A stretch of 64,000 nucleotides of DNA from Cenococcum geophilum (taxonomy: Eukaryota), in assembly GCA_050273025.1 (NCBI GenBank), contig CP158635.1:31124001-31188000 (forward strand), read 5' to 3'. A model generated the notes under the pieces. It did no database searches. It saw only the letters and a list, made by a program, of their open reading frames with translations, and was not told the origin of the DNA. The translations under genes were made by a program, and so were the position numbers. How positions within the stretch are numbered: position 1 is the stretch's first letter; each line of letters opens with the position of its first letter. Shown here in pieces: positions 13,201-27,803 of this stretch.

Positions 13201-16200
13201 TCTATATAGCGGAGCTAGTAGAACTAGTTAAATAAGATAAGTACTAATAGCTGCTTAAAGAGCTGCCTATAGGCCTAATAGAAGTACTAAACCTATTAAA
13301 AAGGTCTTTCCGCCGGCTGGTAGAAGGCGACTATACGATAAAGGAAGCCCGTAAAGTGCTTCCCCCCCATTTCTATAACTTCCTTAAGATAAATCTAAAA
13401 ACTAAACCTAAGCTTTTATGTTGGAAGATAGTTAATACTAATATTAAAAAATTCCTAAAAGGCAAACCAGGATTAACCCGTAAAGATATTCTATAACGCT
13501 TACTAAAGGAGTTTAGTAAATATATTAAGCACTTCTTCCCTAAAAACGTAGATAAGCTGCCCCCTTACCGACTATAGGACTATAAAATTAAGATTACCCC
13601 TAGAAACTAGGCCCCGTACTATAAAAATAGACTACTCTTACCTACTAAACTTAGGTATATAAAGAAGTGGATTAATAAAATGCTAGATAAGGGTTTTATC
13701 TGTAAATTAACCTCACTAGCTACTGTACTACTCCTCCTCGCTGCTAAGCCTAGTAGTAGTGTGCGAATCTATTATAACTACTAAGGCCTAAATATAGTCA
13801 CTATTAAGAATTAATACCTACTGCTACTAATCTACGAGATACTTAACGCACTTTACGGTGCTAAGTACTTTACTAAACTTAATATAATTGCTGCGTTTAA
13901 CCAGATCCGGATTACGGAGGGCCATAAGTGGCTTATAGCATTTATTACCCGGTTTGGACTCTATAAGATACTAGTTATACTATTTAGCCTCTATAACGTA
14001 CCCGCTATATTTTAGAACTATATTAACTATATTCTATATAACGCCCTTAACAACTACTGCACTGCCTACCTTAATAACGTCCTTATCTTTTCTAAAATAC
14101 GCGCCGAGTATACTAAGTATGTAAATGAAATTATCTAAAGACTTGGTAATGCTGGACTTTAGATTAATATTAATAAGTCTAAGTTTTACTCTACTAAAAT
14201 AAAATACCTTGGCTTAATTATCTTAACTAATGGTATAACTATAAACCCTAAGAAGGTATAGGCCTTATAGAAATAGAAGGACCTAATATTAATTAAAGAA
14301 CTATAATAATTTCTTAGCTTCGCGAACTTTTACTAATAATTTATCTAAGGCTACTCTGCTATTGCTATACCTATAATAAAACTCCTAAAGAAGGATATTA
14401 GATGGCTATAGGGGCTAGAATAAGCCAAATTGTTTAAGGCCCTTAAGGGAGCCTTTACTTTAGCACTAGTACTAGCATATTATAACTATATAAAGAAAAT
14501 AGTAGTAGAGATAGATATATTAAATTAGGCTTCTAGCGGAGTCCTTTCCTAGTATAATAATAACGGAAAATTAAGACTGGTCGCATTCTTCTCTATAAAG
14601 TACTTTACGCTAGAGTATAACTATAAGATCTACGGTGGGAAACTTTTAGCTATTATTAAGGCTTTAGAGGAATAGCGTCCTAAGCTATAAGGGACTAAGG
14701 AGCTATTTAGAATTATTACCGACTATAGGAACCTATAGACGTTTATAACTACTAAGCAGCTAAACTAGCGCTAAGTCCGGTAGGTAGAGTTCCTTTTATA
14801 GTTTAACTTTATAATTATATATAGACCTAGTAGTAAAGCTACTCTCCCTAACGCCCTAAGCCGGCTACTAGGAATAAGGCCTAAGGACGCTAATAATAAA
14901 TGCCTCTATTACTAAGCCTAAGTTATTATACCGCCCTAGAAAGTTAACTCTATAATCTTAAAAGAATTACTATATAAATCCCGTAACTCTAATAACGCGG
15001 AGTTTATAGCCGCTCTAGACCCTAAAATAGCCGAAAAGTTACTAGATAAGTTAATCTAGCTAGGATACTAAGAGAACGAACTCGCAAGAGATATAGTGGC
15101 AGCCCTATATAATTAGAAAGCTTGCCATTAGCTAAAGAAGATTAGGAAATTACTTTACTGCGATAAGTTAAAATATAGTATTATTAACGGATAAATCTAC
15201 TTCTGCTAATGTCTCTTTATCCTTAACGCCCTAGACCTCCGCCTAGAAGTTACCCATCGCTCTTATAGTAGTGGCCCTGCTAGTTACCCTAGCTGGGTTA
15301 AAACTCTTAATCTCTTAAACTAAATATACTAGTAATTAGGAATCTCCTAGTTTACGGCTACCTTTATTAAAGACTATGCCCTATACTTTTACACTAAAAC
15401 CCCCTATTCTACCCCGCCTGGTTTCCTAAAGCTACTAGAATTACCCGCTCGCCCGTAGACCGATATCTTAATTAACTATATTATAACGCTGCCAGTATAC
15501 TAACGCTACGGTAAGGTATATAAATATATCCTTATTATTATAAACCGCCTAACTAAAATATAACACCTTATTTTAGTAATAGGACTCTTAATAAAGGAGC
15601 TAGTTAATAGCTTTATTAATAACGTATATAAGCTCTATAGTGTACTAAGCATAATTATCTCTAATTGCGGTATATAATTTATTAGCAACTTCTAGTAATA
15701 ACTAAGTAAACGCCTTAAGACAACCTTATAACTAAGCTTAGCCTAATACCTAAAAATAGACGGCTAAACCAAAATTATTAACGCTGCTGTAAATAAATAC
15801 CTTTGTGCTTTTATTAGCTTTATATAGGATAACTGGGTTAACTACCTACCGCTTACTAAGTTTGCTATAAATAACTAAGTTAATAAGAGTATAGGCATCT
15901 CCCCATTTTTTGTAAACTATGGCTTTAACCCTCGCCTTGGAATTAAGCCTGCTGGCTTTTGCCTACTAATACTATTAGCACAAGTAAAGAAGGAGTTCTT
16001 CTACGCAGACTTTATAGCCAACCGCTTTAAGCGGATATTAATATAGCTTAAGGCCCTAGCCTGGATTTTATAGTAACACTATAAAGATAATGCTAATACC
16101 TATAGAGATAAGAGCGCGTTATTCTATAAAGGCGATATGGTTATAATTAGCTTAAAAAATATAAAGATAAATAAACTTAAGAAAAAATGGGACGATAAAT

Positions 16201-17137
16201 AGGACGGCCTATACCCCATACTTGCAATATACTAAGGGGTAGTTATAGTAGACCTCCTAGACCATATCTAAGTAAATAAATCCTTTTATATATCTAAGGT
16301 CCGCCTTTAGGCTGCTGAAGAGATCCCTAGCTAAGCAAATATTAATACTATAAAGCGCCGTAATATATAAGGATAAGTAGTAGAGAGAGATAATAACGGC
16401 AATATAGAAGACAAATGGGAGTTTAAGAAAATCTTTAATGTATATAATAAAGACCCCTAGGGCCTAACTTATAAGATTAAATGGAAATATTATAAGGATA
16501 TAACCTAGTAGCTAGAGGAAGACCTAAAGGGTTGCGAATAAGCTATATAGCGCTTTTATAAGTAATACCCTAAAAAGCTAGGACCCTTAGACTGGGCATA
16601 AGATAAGGAAAAGTTACGCTAAAGTCGCGGCCGACCACTGTATTAAATTTGTGGTGGTTAAGATGTTATAGAACTTTAACCGGCGGTTAAAGTTGTCTAA
16701 TTAGCTAAATTCTCGCTAAGAAACGCCACATAGATTAATTTAGGTGGCGGTATAGAGTTCTACTAACCTTACTTACTAAACTAACTAATTAGGATTTTCT
16801 ATGCCTGGTATAGAAAATTGCTATTAGCTTAGTTAAGGGCGGTAAGCAGAACTAATATCATTATGGTAAAAAATAGGCAACCCCGTATACTGCCTATTTT
16901 TAAGTTATCTATTTAGTTTGGGGACTAAACTATCTAGGGGAGAGAAGTACTGTTACGGCACTGACCTAACGCATACTGTTTTATACTATCTCGTACTATT
17001 TCCTACTATTGGCTGGCCCACTACTAGCGACTTGGCGGCTGGCCCTACTATTTATATATAATACCCCCTTTCCACCTTCTTCCCCTCTTTATACCACAAC
17101 GTAGTTATTTAGTCTACTTTATTATAGCACTATGATA
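10224..17137 (+). mobile_element. Ty3/Gypsy chromovirus B, copy 1 (6.9 kb), inserted in gag of A
   Basis: 187-bp LTRs 10224-10410 and 16951-17137. TSD tatag/tacag. PPT ggggagagaag precedes the 3' LTR. Gag ~10500-12070; pol ~12080-16650 with RT TAYL(D)(D)VL ~14065 and chromodomain ~16415-16540. Confidence 0.95.
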
Positions 17138-17284
17138 TACAGGTTGCTATAAGTTAGTATCTACTATATTAGTGTTACCTGCTAACCTTAAAGTAGTTAC
17201 CACCGTTAATGGCGTTATAGTGGCTGCTTTTAGTGGTATATTATTTAACTTTTTATATTTAATACTATAACTAAGTAGTAATTA

Positions 17285-17708
17285 TGTAATAAAACCTTAT
17301 AGCAAGTACTATAATAGGCTTATTAATAGGCTAGGTATATAGGTAATATAAATTAAAGTTAATAACGTAATAATAACTAGTAGAGTAGTTGCCTAATAGA
17401 TTAACTTTAATTATATTCTAAGAATTACTATAAGGAAGGAACTATCTAGGTAAGGACTAAGGGTCCTTAAATACATAATTATACTCCTATAAAATCCTTC
17501 TTATACGTAATATATATATACTTTATCTGCTTTATTATAGATTATATAAATCCCACAAATTATACAGATTACCTTATATAACTTATACTACTATTCCTCG
17601 TTATATAGTTCTACTAGCTCCATTTTAAACCGTACCTAAATTAACTAACTAGCTTCTTCTAACTCCTCTCCTAGTCGTCGTAATATTGTACTTAATACGT
17701 CTGTAATA
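17285..17708 (-). repeat. 5' LTR of element A
   Basis: Direct repeat of 2482-2901. Confidence 0.92.
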
Positions 17709-17713
17709 TTAGC

Positions 17714-18608
17714 GCTACTAAATTACTTCTTAGAATCTTAATAATAATCTATATATTGCTGCTTACTAGCTATATTACCGCTTTAATCTATTTAAAAAGC
17801 ACGTGCTTATAGGTCTATTTAATAGCACTAACTTTTAGTCTTAATATAAGTAGTAGGTGTAAGGTAGCGGCTATATACATAGCTTTTTATAGAGTTTAAT
17901 AGCCCTAAGGCTAGACCCATTAACTAGTGAATTAAGGGCGGCTTTTACTAAGTACTGGGCTACTTTTATATCTATAATAAATCCTAATTAATCTAGACCT
18001 CCTAATCTTTAATATCCTTTTACTCTTAACTATAAAGAATAGGTTAACACTAGTAAGCTTTTTATTACCTACCTTAATTGATTTCAACGGCACTATAATT
18101 ATACTAAATCTTACTACTTAAGATTAAAGAAAGGCTCAGCTAAAGTAAAGAAGTGTTACTTCTACTTTCCACGCTCTCTCTATAATAAGGCCGCTGTATT
18201 AAAGGATTAAAATCTATATTACTAGATATTCTATCTATAGCATAATAATAAGCTCCTTAATAGCTACAATACAGCTATAATACTAGTGTGGATGGTAAAT
18301 ATTAACACATCGCCTACTATAAGTATATTAGTAATAGTTAACTATATAGGCAAATATTGCAGCAAGGAAGAGAAGAAGTTAACTTCCTACTAGGAGTTAC
18401 TCTAATTAGTATAGCCGCACGCTAACAGTCTTTATGCCTTTAGTTTGGTAGTGGCTAAGTTTATAAATAAGCTTATTGCTAAACGCGATTAGTTAGCGCA
18501 GGAGGTATGCTATTTACTTCTTAATATTCCCCTTTCTAAAGGCTTAAGGAATGTGGTAACTTTAGACTACCACTAGGAGGACGATTAAAGCGCTATATAT
18601 AAGCTTAA
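17714..18608 (+). pseudogene. Helitron Rep HUH endonuclease core
   Basis: De-RIP FWSRYEWQ.RGSGHIHGFLW (~17830-17892, motif 2) and VNYIGKYCSKEE (~18335-18372, motif 3 YxxKY). Confidence 0.88.
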
Positions 18609-19220
18609 TATAAGGTAAGGATGTAGATAGGGAGTCCAATAATAGAATAATAGGTATATTGTATAGACAGAGACAAATCCTTAAGGGAAAAGGAGGAGTC
18701 TGTATGCGAGGTAGAAAGGGTTTTCCCTAGGTATATGCTCTGCACGTACCTTATAGGCAAGTTACCCCTAGGTTACCCTAGGGTCGCCCATACCTTACGG
18801 CTATATAACTATCTACTTAGGTTTTACCTAATAATACCCCCCCCTTTAAAAAGGGTCGTTCCCAATCCTTTATATACTTAAGCCTTAATAAAACCCCATA
18901 AAAAACCTTAGTAAGGAAAAAATTTAGAGGGGAAAGAGTGTTTTAATTTTGCGTATAGAGAGACGGGTAGTATATATGCGTGGCGCGAAGATATTAAGGA
19001 ACTTCAACCAGCGGTTAAAGTTGTCTAATTGGTTAGATTTACCTTGCTAAGATTCCCCTATATTTAACTAAGCTAGTAGTAATTTTATATACCTAGTATA
19101 GAAAATCCTAATTAGTCTATTTAATAGGTAGAGCTAGTAGAGCTTAATACCGTCGCTTAAATTTAGTAGACTAGAAATATTCCAGAGCTTACTTATATAG
19201 GTAGGTCGCTAGTACCTCGT

Positions 19221-19560
19221 GGGTAGGTTATAGGTTATTTATATATAGCCAGATTTATAAACGGTAAGGCTATATGCCTATTAAATCCGCCGCTAACCCT
19301 GCTTTGGCCTTACGCTATACCGGCGTAGCGCCGTGTATACTTTATGGGTAGGTTATAGGTTATTTATATACAGCCAGATTAAGACGGTAAGGCTATATGC
19401 CTATTAAATCCGCCGCTAACCCTGCTTTGGCCTTACGCTATACCGGCGTAGCGCCGTGTATACTTTATGGGTAGGTTATAGGTTATTTATATACAGCCAG
19501 ATTAAGACGGTAAGGCTATATGCCTATTAGACCTGCCGCTGACCTATGTTTTAGCCTTAT
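19221..19560 (+). repeat. ~123-bp tandem repeat, ~2.8 copies, in the 3' UTR of element C
   Basis: gggtaggttataggttatttatata... restarts at 19221, 19346 and 19469. Confidence 0.9.
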
Positions 19561-22500
19561 GCATTATCTATGTAGTATATACGTGGAATAGTATAAGTTG
19601 TTAGTACAGGTTACTACCAGTGGGTTACTAGTAGGTTATAAACCCTAGTTAAATAGACCCTGGTTATAAACAGGCCTATTCTCTAATATATAAATAATCT
19701 GCTTAGCTACTATAGAGTAACGGACTAAATTTAGGAAGGGTGCTTTTTAAATTAAGCTTCGTTGCTAGTATACGCTGTAGCCTCGCCTGTAAGTTATAGC
19801 AATTATTACTTATTCTTTAATCCCTTTAAACGTCCTCTATTCCACTTTAATATAGGTTATATTTTAATAGCGGCGCTTACTTTTTGCCTGCGCTTTAGCT
19901 ATAAGGCTAGGGTATCCCGCTTACGGTACTTATCTAATAGTTATTAATAATTTTTAAGTTCTGTCTTATATTTCCATTTATTATACTTATTTAGCTATCT
20001 TAGCTATTTAATAAGGTACTACGGTTATCTAGCACGATTTTAGTAGGTGATAATTGCTTCTACTTCCTAGCTGCCTTTCTTAAGCTCTTTTACTGCTAGG
20101 GGTTAAAACCTAGGGCGTAATCTGTAAGGCTCTAGTAGGGAGATATAAAAGACTAGGTAGAGCCGTGCTATAGTAGGTAGAAGCTCTAGCTTATATACTT
20201 GCTGCTCTACGCGCTCTAAAATCTAGAACGGTCCCATAAACTTATAGTTAAGCTTTTTATAGGGACGTTTTGTGTAGATGTTTTTAAAGGAGAGCAGGAC
20301 TTATTTACTAACGGCGAAATGCTTAGCTAGATGGTGACGATTGTAGTATTTTACCTAAAGCTACTAGGCGTACATTATTGACGCCGCCGCTACCTTATGT
20401 ATAAGGCATAGGCGTTATAAATACGTCTCTGTAAGTTCGACCTTTATCGCCTTAGATCCCTCCCTACCTTACTAGGCGTCTTAGACGCTGTCCAGGACTC
20501 CATCTAGGATATTTAGTAGCTAGCTATAGGCGAGCTTAATAGGGGAACGCTTTGTTATGGTATAGACCTTAGAGTTATAGGTAAAGGCTACTTCTTTAAG
20601 TAGGGAGGCCTAATTAAACTGTTCCTAGTTTGTAAATATATATAGGTATATTTTAAGCTTCTAGTTCTAACGCTCTGTCTAACTATCTATCTGTGGATAG
20701 AATGTAGTACTAAGTTTACGCTAAACGCGGAGATGGTAGTATATAGTACTCTAGTACTTACTTATAAATATACTACCCCTATTAGAGATAATATTATCTA
20801 GAGGCCCTATTTACGTAAAGACTCTAAATAAGAGTTCTGCGAGTTGCGTAGCATTAATTATCTTACGTATTAGATAGTAGCGCACTAGCTTTATAAAACG
20901 GTCTATAAGGATAAGAATGGAGTTATACTCTGCGCTATTAGGAGTCTTAGACTCTAGGAGATCCGTAATAAAGTTAAGTAAATAATACCGCTAGGCTTAG
21001 GTGGGGGCTTAGAGAGGCTATAGCTTACTATAGGGTTTATAGTGGCGCGATTTGGAGCGTTAGTAGGTATTATAATTATCTAGGTATTTGTAGAGGTCCT
21101 AGGTAAGGCCATGCTAAGTATACTTTTATATAATTACCTTAAAAGTATAGTTAAAACTATAGTGGCCGCCTATAGGATCGTTATAATTCCGCTTAAGGAT
21201 CTCCTATTATAGTGGTATATAATTTGGCACCTAGACCTTATTATTTTACCTTAGGAGTCCTTAATTATTAAGGGTGTAGTCCTTATTACCGGTAGGAATT
21301 TGTTCCTAGGTTAACTAATTATATATAAAGTGTGTAAAGGCGTCCCTTTTTTATACTCTATAAATAAAATTAACTAGTGACTTAGGGGGTTATTCCGTAA
21401 ACGCTGTTTTAGCTAAAGCAGCTATTACTACTTCTTACTGTAGCACGAGACTTTATATAAAGTTGGTGCTAGCGAAGTAATATATAATATATAGGTAACT
21501 TACTGTATTATTATAAGGGACCGTAGCCTGGGCTAAGGGGTCTTCCCTAGGGTTAAGCGCTATTAGGTTAGTTGGAGTGGTTTTAAAGAGAATAATAGGA
21601 CGCTTTAGTCCGCTGGCGCTAAGTTTATAAGGGTTGCTCGTATACTATACGCATACTACTTGCTAGTTTGGTATAGTAGCACTAGGGCCGCCTACAAGGC
21701 CTATAACCCGTAACTTTTGCTATAATATAGGCAGTATAGTATTAAGGATTATCCTCTTACTACTATCTTTAAAGCCTTTAGCATAATTTAGGCGCCAGGA
21801 TAGTGCGTTAGCGGGATTTACTTTACCTAGCTTATATTTAATCTTAAAATTAAACTTAGCTAGTTCTTTAGCGTACTAGGCCTAGTAAGTAGATAAGCTC
21901 TTAGTAGTTATAAAGTACTTAAGATTATTATAATTGCAGAGCACGCGCGTTATATACGCGGCGTGTTTAAGGTAATAGCGCTATATCTTAAAGCATTATA
22001 CTATAGCAAGTAGTTCTTTATTATACGTATTATACTATACTTTTAGGCTAGTAAGCTTTTAACTACAATAAGCGATCGGGTACTAGTGGAGTTAATCTCT
22101 CTACCCTAAAGGCTGTAGAAGTATACCACTATAGGCATAATTAGAAGCGTTAGTAATTACTATTAGGGGTAAATTAGGGTCAAAGTAGCGAAGTAGAAGA
22201 GCCTATATAAACGTAGCGCGTAGCTTACAAAATGCCTACTGCGCGTTATTAGGCCAGGACCAGGGTTAATACCATTTAGTAGGCCCTTTTAACTTATACT
22301 TCTTCTTCTTCTCCTTATCTAACGTTGGGTTGCGATATGCCTATATAAGATATATATATAGGAGGTATACGGTATCCGAGTAGTTCTAGATAAATCGCCT
22401 ATAGAAGTTGGCAAAGCTAAGGAAGACCTAGATATCTCTATAGGACTTAGGCTTAGGCTATTCCTTAATAGCTTTTACGCGGTTAGGGTTTATTATAATA

Positions 22501-24230
22501 CCCCTAGGGGTAATAATAAAGCCTAGGAACTTAATATTCTTAGTATAAAAGATATATTTTAATAGTTTAGCGTATAGGCCCTAAGCGCGGAGCTGTTGCA
22601 GTACCTGCTTAACGTGCTTAACGTACTTATCCTCATTATTTAAGTAGATAAGAATATTATCTAGGTAAAATATATAGATGGTATTTACTAGGGTTCCTAG
22701 AGCTTTATAAATATAGCTCTAAAAAGTTATAGGGGCGTTAGTAAGACTAAAGGGCATTACTAGGTACTTAAAGTGACCGTAGCGTATTTTAAATACAGTC
22801 TTCTATTTATCTCCCTTTTTAATATAAATCCTGTAGTACGTATTATAAAGATCTAGCTTTATAAATATCTTTACATAGCTAAGCCTATTAAAGAGCTTGC
22901 TAACTAGTAGTAGGGGGTACTAATTTTTGATCGTAATCTTGTTTAGGCGTCTATAGTTAACGTATAGCCGTATTATACTGTCTAATTTTAGCATAAAGAG
23001 GATAGGCGCTCTAGTAGGCGACTTACTAGGCCTAATCTAGCCCTTTTTAAGAGCACTATTTAGGTACTCTTATAAGATCTATAACTCTTTCTGTAAGAGG
23101 TTATAGAGGGGTATTTACAGTAGCGCCTTACCTTCTTCTAAGTTAATTATATAGTTATACTTAGAGTTCTACAGTAGCATACTTGCTAGCTTATTAGAGA
23201 AGATATTAATTTCCTCCTTATATATATCTGGTAGGCTAGGGGCTATAGAGGTTAAAGCGACTATTATATAGTAGTGTACTTCCGGGAGCTAGTAAAGAAA
23301 AGGGTATAGCCGACATACGTTTCATAGGTGTGCTCATACTAAGAGTATATATAGCTTTACTGCAGTATACTTAATAGTTTTAGGGTTTTAATTACCTCCC
23401 CCTTGCGTATAGGTAATCTGCGCCGGCACTAGAGGGTCTTTATAGGTACTCACTGCTAGTAACGGCAGATTCTCTACTATGTTTATAACCGGTGTCTCTA
23501 CGTCTAAAGGGTCTATATAGGTACTCGCTACTAGTAATAATAGGTCCTCTATTATATTTATAACTGGCGTAAAAAAGAAGTCTTTTAGCTATAGCGAATA
23601 GACTATTTCGCCAGCCTTAATGTCTGCTAGGAGAGCGTTAAGGGTAACTATTTAGAGGCGTCTAGGGTCTAAAGTACCCTAGATAAACTATCTAAAATAG
23701 AAGCTAATTAATAGATCTGCTTCCGCGAGCTAATCCTATCTAAAAACTATATTATAACTATTAAATAAGCCACCCTAAAAGGTCTGCGGGCTAATAGTGC
23801 GAGAGGTACCCTAGGAGTTGCTAGTGGTAACCGTCAGATTATAAGCATCCTAGATTATTATTTGGTTACTATTAAGGAAACGTATAATAGGTTTACGTAA
23901 ACGTAGCGTATAGTGTATAGGTAGGTTAAACCTATAAACGACATCTTAATTAATAAGGTTAATTTGGCACCTATTATTATATAAAGCACGTAGGCCGACT
24001 TCGCCCTAGGGTGTATCTATCGCGACGTATACTATAATGCGTTTCTTCTCTCTCTTTATATTAGGCCCTAGTTGTAGTTAAGAGAGATATGCTACTAGGG
24101 CTTTAGGTTTTCTAAAGCCTAAGCTAACTTCTCTTTAGCTTACTTCTAGTGTTCCTTATAGTGGCCACCTACGGTCCTTTAACTTACCTGCGTAGCACTA
24201 GCGTTTAGGGGGTCCCCTAAGCTATCTAGC

Positions 24231-26351
24231 AGCTTCACCACACATGTAACCTTACTAAAAGGTAGCGCCACACTCCAAAACTTACGCATACCCATCTTAC
24301 CATCAAAAACAATCAATTTTCCAACTTTCAAGACCTAATTCCTACTACCTAGCGAGCTAGAGGTGGATTTATTTGTTGTTTTACCCCCTTTTCCTAACAG
24401 AAAATTTTCTCTAAGGGTGGCCCTAGCTTACAAGCGAGGCACAGACAAGAACACTAAAACTACTACTACTACCACTAATACCAAAACTGCAAAATAGGAG
24501 CTAGTTTTTCTACTACCTTTTAGCCTAATCTCCCCAGAAATCTTCTAGTAAGATTAGTAAGGAAAAAGGGTATAAGGATAGTAAAAACTAGGGGACCCTC
24601 CTATAAGATGCCGAAGCCTAGTAGGCATAAAAAAAACAACCTTCTATAGAAATAAGTGACAATAAGTTTACTTTCACTTTTTCTGCCCCTTCTCCTTCTC
24701 CTGGCCTATTTGGGACAGGAGAAAAAAGAGGACATCCTCAGTCTTCTACCGAAAAAGAAAACCAAAAACCTACAAAAAAGATAATAAAACTAATGACTTT
24801 TACGGCTGGTATACCTAGTATATCCTTCCCTCCCCTTTCTCCAAAACAACACCTACAAAAGGCCTTAGAAAGCCTAACCCAGGCCTATAAAAGGCTAGAA
24901 GAAGAAGAAGAAGAAGAAGAAGAAGAAGAAGAAGAAGAAAAAGAACAAGTTAAACAGCTAGAGGACTATACACGTAGTATCCTAGTAGGAGAAAATCCCT
25001 TTATAAAAGGAAAAGAAAATATAAAAGAAGTCCTAAAAGGACTAGTTGAAGAAGTAAGGGCTCTCTGTAAGGAGGTGGCCCTTACTAAAGAAACCTACGT
25101 AGAGAGGCTAAAGAAGGACCTCCCTTCTTCTTCTTCATCCTTACTACCTTCCTCATTACTACTATCTCCTACCCCTTCTACTTCTACTAGAAGTAAGAAA
25201 AAGCAGCTATAAGAAAGGAAACTAGTCCTAATTATAGATGAAAAGGACCAACCCCTAGATACCTTCTCTATACGAAATAAAGTTAATTAACTATTTGCAT
25301 TAAAATTGCAAGTAAAAAAGCTAGTTTTAGCATTAATAGCTAGAACAAAAGGAAAACAAAATATTCTCCTTATAACTACAGAAGAGTATAATGCAGATTT
25401 CTTAGTTAAATATGGGGGGATCTGGTATGGTTGCTTTACCTTTTAAAGAGAACAAAAACTAGAACTATGGGTTTAAATTATAGCCTATGGGGTTCCTACC
25501 GTACCTTTCCTAGAAAAAGGAGGCTCTAAGCTCTTAAAGGAAGAAATCGAGACCTTTAATCCTATAAGGATATAAGGACTACCTAGATGGATCTTATTTA
25601 GTGAAAAAAGATACAATCCACGGACCAGATTTGGCTCTATAGTTTTTACTATAGAGAATAAAGAAAAAAGACAAGAAATCCTTAAGCAAAAAGAGATATC
25701 AATTACAGGTACAGCTACTAAGGTAGTAAAATACCTCGAAGTCTCTTCTACTACGCAGTGTACAAGCTGCCAAAAATTTGGCCATATAGGAGACAGGTGC
25801 TCTACTAGAGCCTACAGATACTGTGCAGCTGCATATTTATCTAAAGACTATTTCTGTTCTACCTGTATAATAACAGGCAAACCTTACTAGCATACCACCC
25901 CTCTTTGCATTAATTGTAAAGAAAAACACTTTACTAATAGTAAAGACTGCGAGACTCTTAAAGCAGCTAAACTAGTATATAAAGAAGATTCTATGGAAGA
26001 ATAAAACAGATAGGATTCTAGAAGGAGGCAACTCCTACTAGGCTCTTAAAAAGATATTAGAGAGTAAAAGGACAGAAATAAATCGCAAAAGGATAGGGAT
26101 AGGCGTTAGGATTTCCTATAGTTTTTCCTACTGTTTTCTTATTCCCTAGTAGTTGCAGCACCTTAGTATTTTATTAAGGAGCTATAAACCCTTAGGGGTT
26201 TATAAACTACCAGGACATAGCTACTAGTATATATTAAGCTGCCTAGAAAGGATTCATGTATATAGAACTATAGCGCCATAGCCTAGAGGCTGCATGCGCA
26301 GTATTGTACGTAGTATAATACAATCGGATATAAAAAAAAAAATAAAAAAAA
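24231..26351 (+). mobile_element. Non-LTR poly(A) retroelement encoding only an ORF1/gag-like protein, copy 1 (inserted in gag of C)
   Basis: TSD aagctatctagc at 24219-24230 and 26352-26363. A-rich tail. Degraded ORF 24608-26004 with zinc knuckles; (GAA)n expansion at ~24898-24940. Confidence 0.9.
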
Positions 26352-27663
26352 AAGCTATCTAGCTTTTAGGTAGTCTCCCTAGGAGCTTACTTAGAGAGGC
26401 GTCGCCCTTTTTAGGTTCCGTTCCCTAAGCCTAAGTCTATAGAGCCTATACTGCAACCACGCTTTATACGCAATAATTTACTACTACTACTTACGCAATC
26501 TTCCGCGAGCTTTATGGTATTAAGTAATTACTTTATACGGCGGATTTTATTAAAGAGGTCTTTAGCGGTTCTTACTTATTAGGCGAAGTTCTGGCGGAAG
26601 AGCTCTGCTTATAGGTAGGCTGGGAGATATAAGAACTAAAAGTCTACCTATTATTTAGGGTTGATAAAAGGGGTATATAAGAAGAGGTCCTCTAAGCTAT
26701 GTATATGGGCTAGGAAGACATTAAACCTCTAGTTCTCCTTTATAACAGCCATATAGTATATTATAGCGTTATTAAAGCGTCTTACTATAGGGTTCCTAAT
26801 CTAGTCTTGGACTATAGTCTTAAATTTATCCTATAGTAAAGGACCCTTATCCTTAGTGCCTAACCGGCAATAAACTAGTTAGGTAATTGTCTTCTCTTTT
26901 ATAAGGCCTTTAATGGCCTAACGCGTGCGTTACTTATAGTTATAGTTAGCGTTATTAACCTTAAATTAGTTCTTAACCGCGGCAATCTACTGGTTAAAAT
27001 GCTGTTAAGTAGTACCGCTAATATTAGGTAGTAACTTCTTAACTAGGGCGTTAAGATTTGTTTAGCGTATATATTTGCTACGTAACTTATGCTCTTTACT
27101 AAAGAGGTAACGGGAGGGCTTTATCGAATTGATAATGCTCTATAAGTTAGCTATTTTCTTAGCTAGCTTATCTAGCTCCTTTATATTAGCGGTATTAGGT
27201 AGGACGCTAGTAACCTTACTAAGCTCCTATTAAGCCTAGGTATATAAGTTAAACTAATTTCTAGCGTTTGTAGATATCTGATCATTTTAAGATTTAGAAA
27301 ATGGCTTAGATGCTGCTGGTATGCTTTTAGCGGTTTCGTTTGCACTAGATCCTAAGGCGTGGGTTTTCTTTTTAGAGGCATTATAGAAAAATTAAACCGG
27401 CTATCCTCCTAAGGGGATTAGTAAGGATTTGAATGTAAGGTAAGAATATAAATAGGGAGTCTAATAATAGAATAATAGGTATATTATATAAACAGAGACG
27501 AATCCTTAAGGGAAAAGGAGGAGTCTATATGCGAGGTAGGAAAGGTTTTTTCTAAGTACGTGCTCTGCACGTGCCTTACGGGCAAGTTACCCCTAGGTTA
27601 CCCTAGGGTCGCCTATACCTTGCGGCTATATAACTATCTACTTAGGTTTTACCTAATACTTAA

Positions 27664-27803
27664 AGATGGGCAATTAAGGGGGTACGGACTGTCTAACTAT
27701 AAGAAATATAAGCGCCGCCTAGATAGGGTAGAAGATATTACTTTCCTTAATTTTCTACTCTATTTTAATTACTCTACTTATAAGCGTTAGCTAAGAGCAA
27801 GGC
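27664..27803 (+). pseudogene. Helitron RepHel linker fragment
   Basis: Reads in continuity with 18608 and 29951 (…YKKYKRR.DRVEDITFLNFL…RAR|P.VISYFPQY). Confidence 0.75.

Larger units (their letters stand above)
2482..17708 (-). mobile_element. Ty3/Gypsy chromovirus LTR retrotransposon A (~7.8 kb without nested inserts), RIP-inactivated
   Basis: LTRs 2482-2901 and 17285-17708. TSD ttagc at 2477-2481 and 17709-17713. PPT complement ctatctcccttctttt follows the left LTR. Minus-strand gag zinc knuckle (~9270-9320), protease (~7350), RT YLDD-like (~6140), RNase H, integrase and chromodomain (~3700-3830). Confidence 0.93.
18609..27658 (-). mobile_element. Ty3/Gypsy chromovirus C (~6.9 kb without insert), RIP-inactivated
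   Basis: 225-bp LTRs 18609-18833 and 27434-27658. TSD cttaa at 18604-18608 and 27659-27663. PPT complement ataccccccccttt. RT YLD(D) ~22660, integrase ~20500-21250, chromodomain ~19950-20070. Confidence 0.93.

Noticed and set aside
19221..19560. Hammerhead ribozyme tandem (retrozyme or Penelope-like) in this or the 253-bp repeats
   Set aside because: No CTGATGA...GAAA core recognisable by eye even allowing RIP; an Infernal search would be needed to exclude it fully.
27560..27790. 76-aa ORF
   Set aside because: Chance chimera of the C LTR and a Helitron fragment across the insertion junction.
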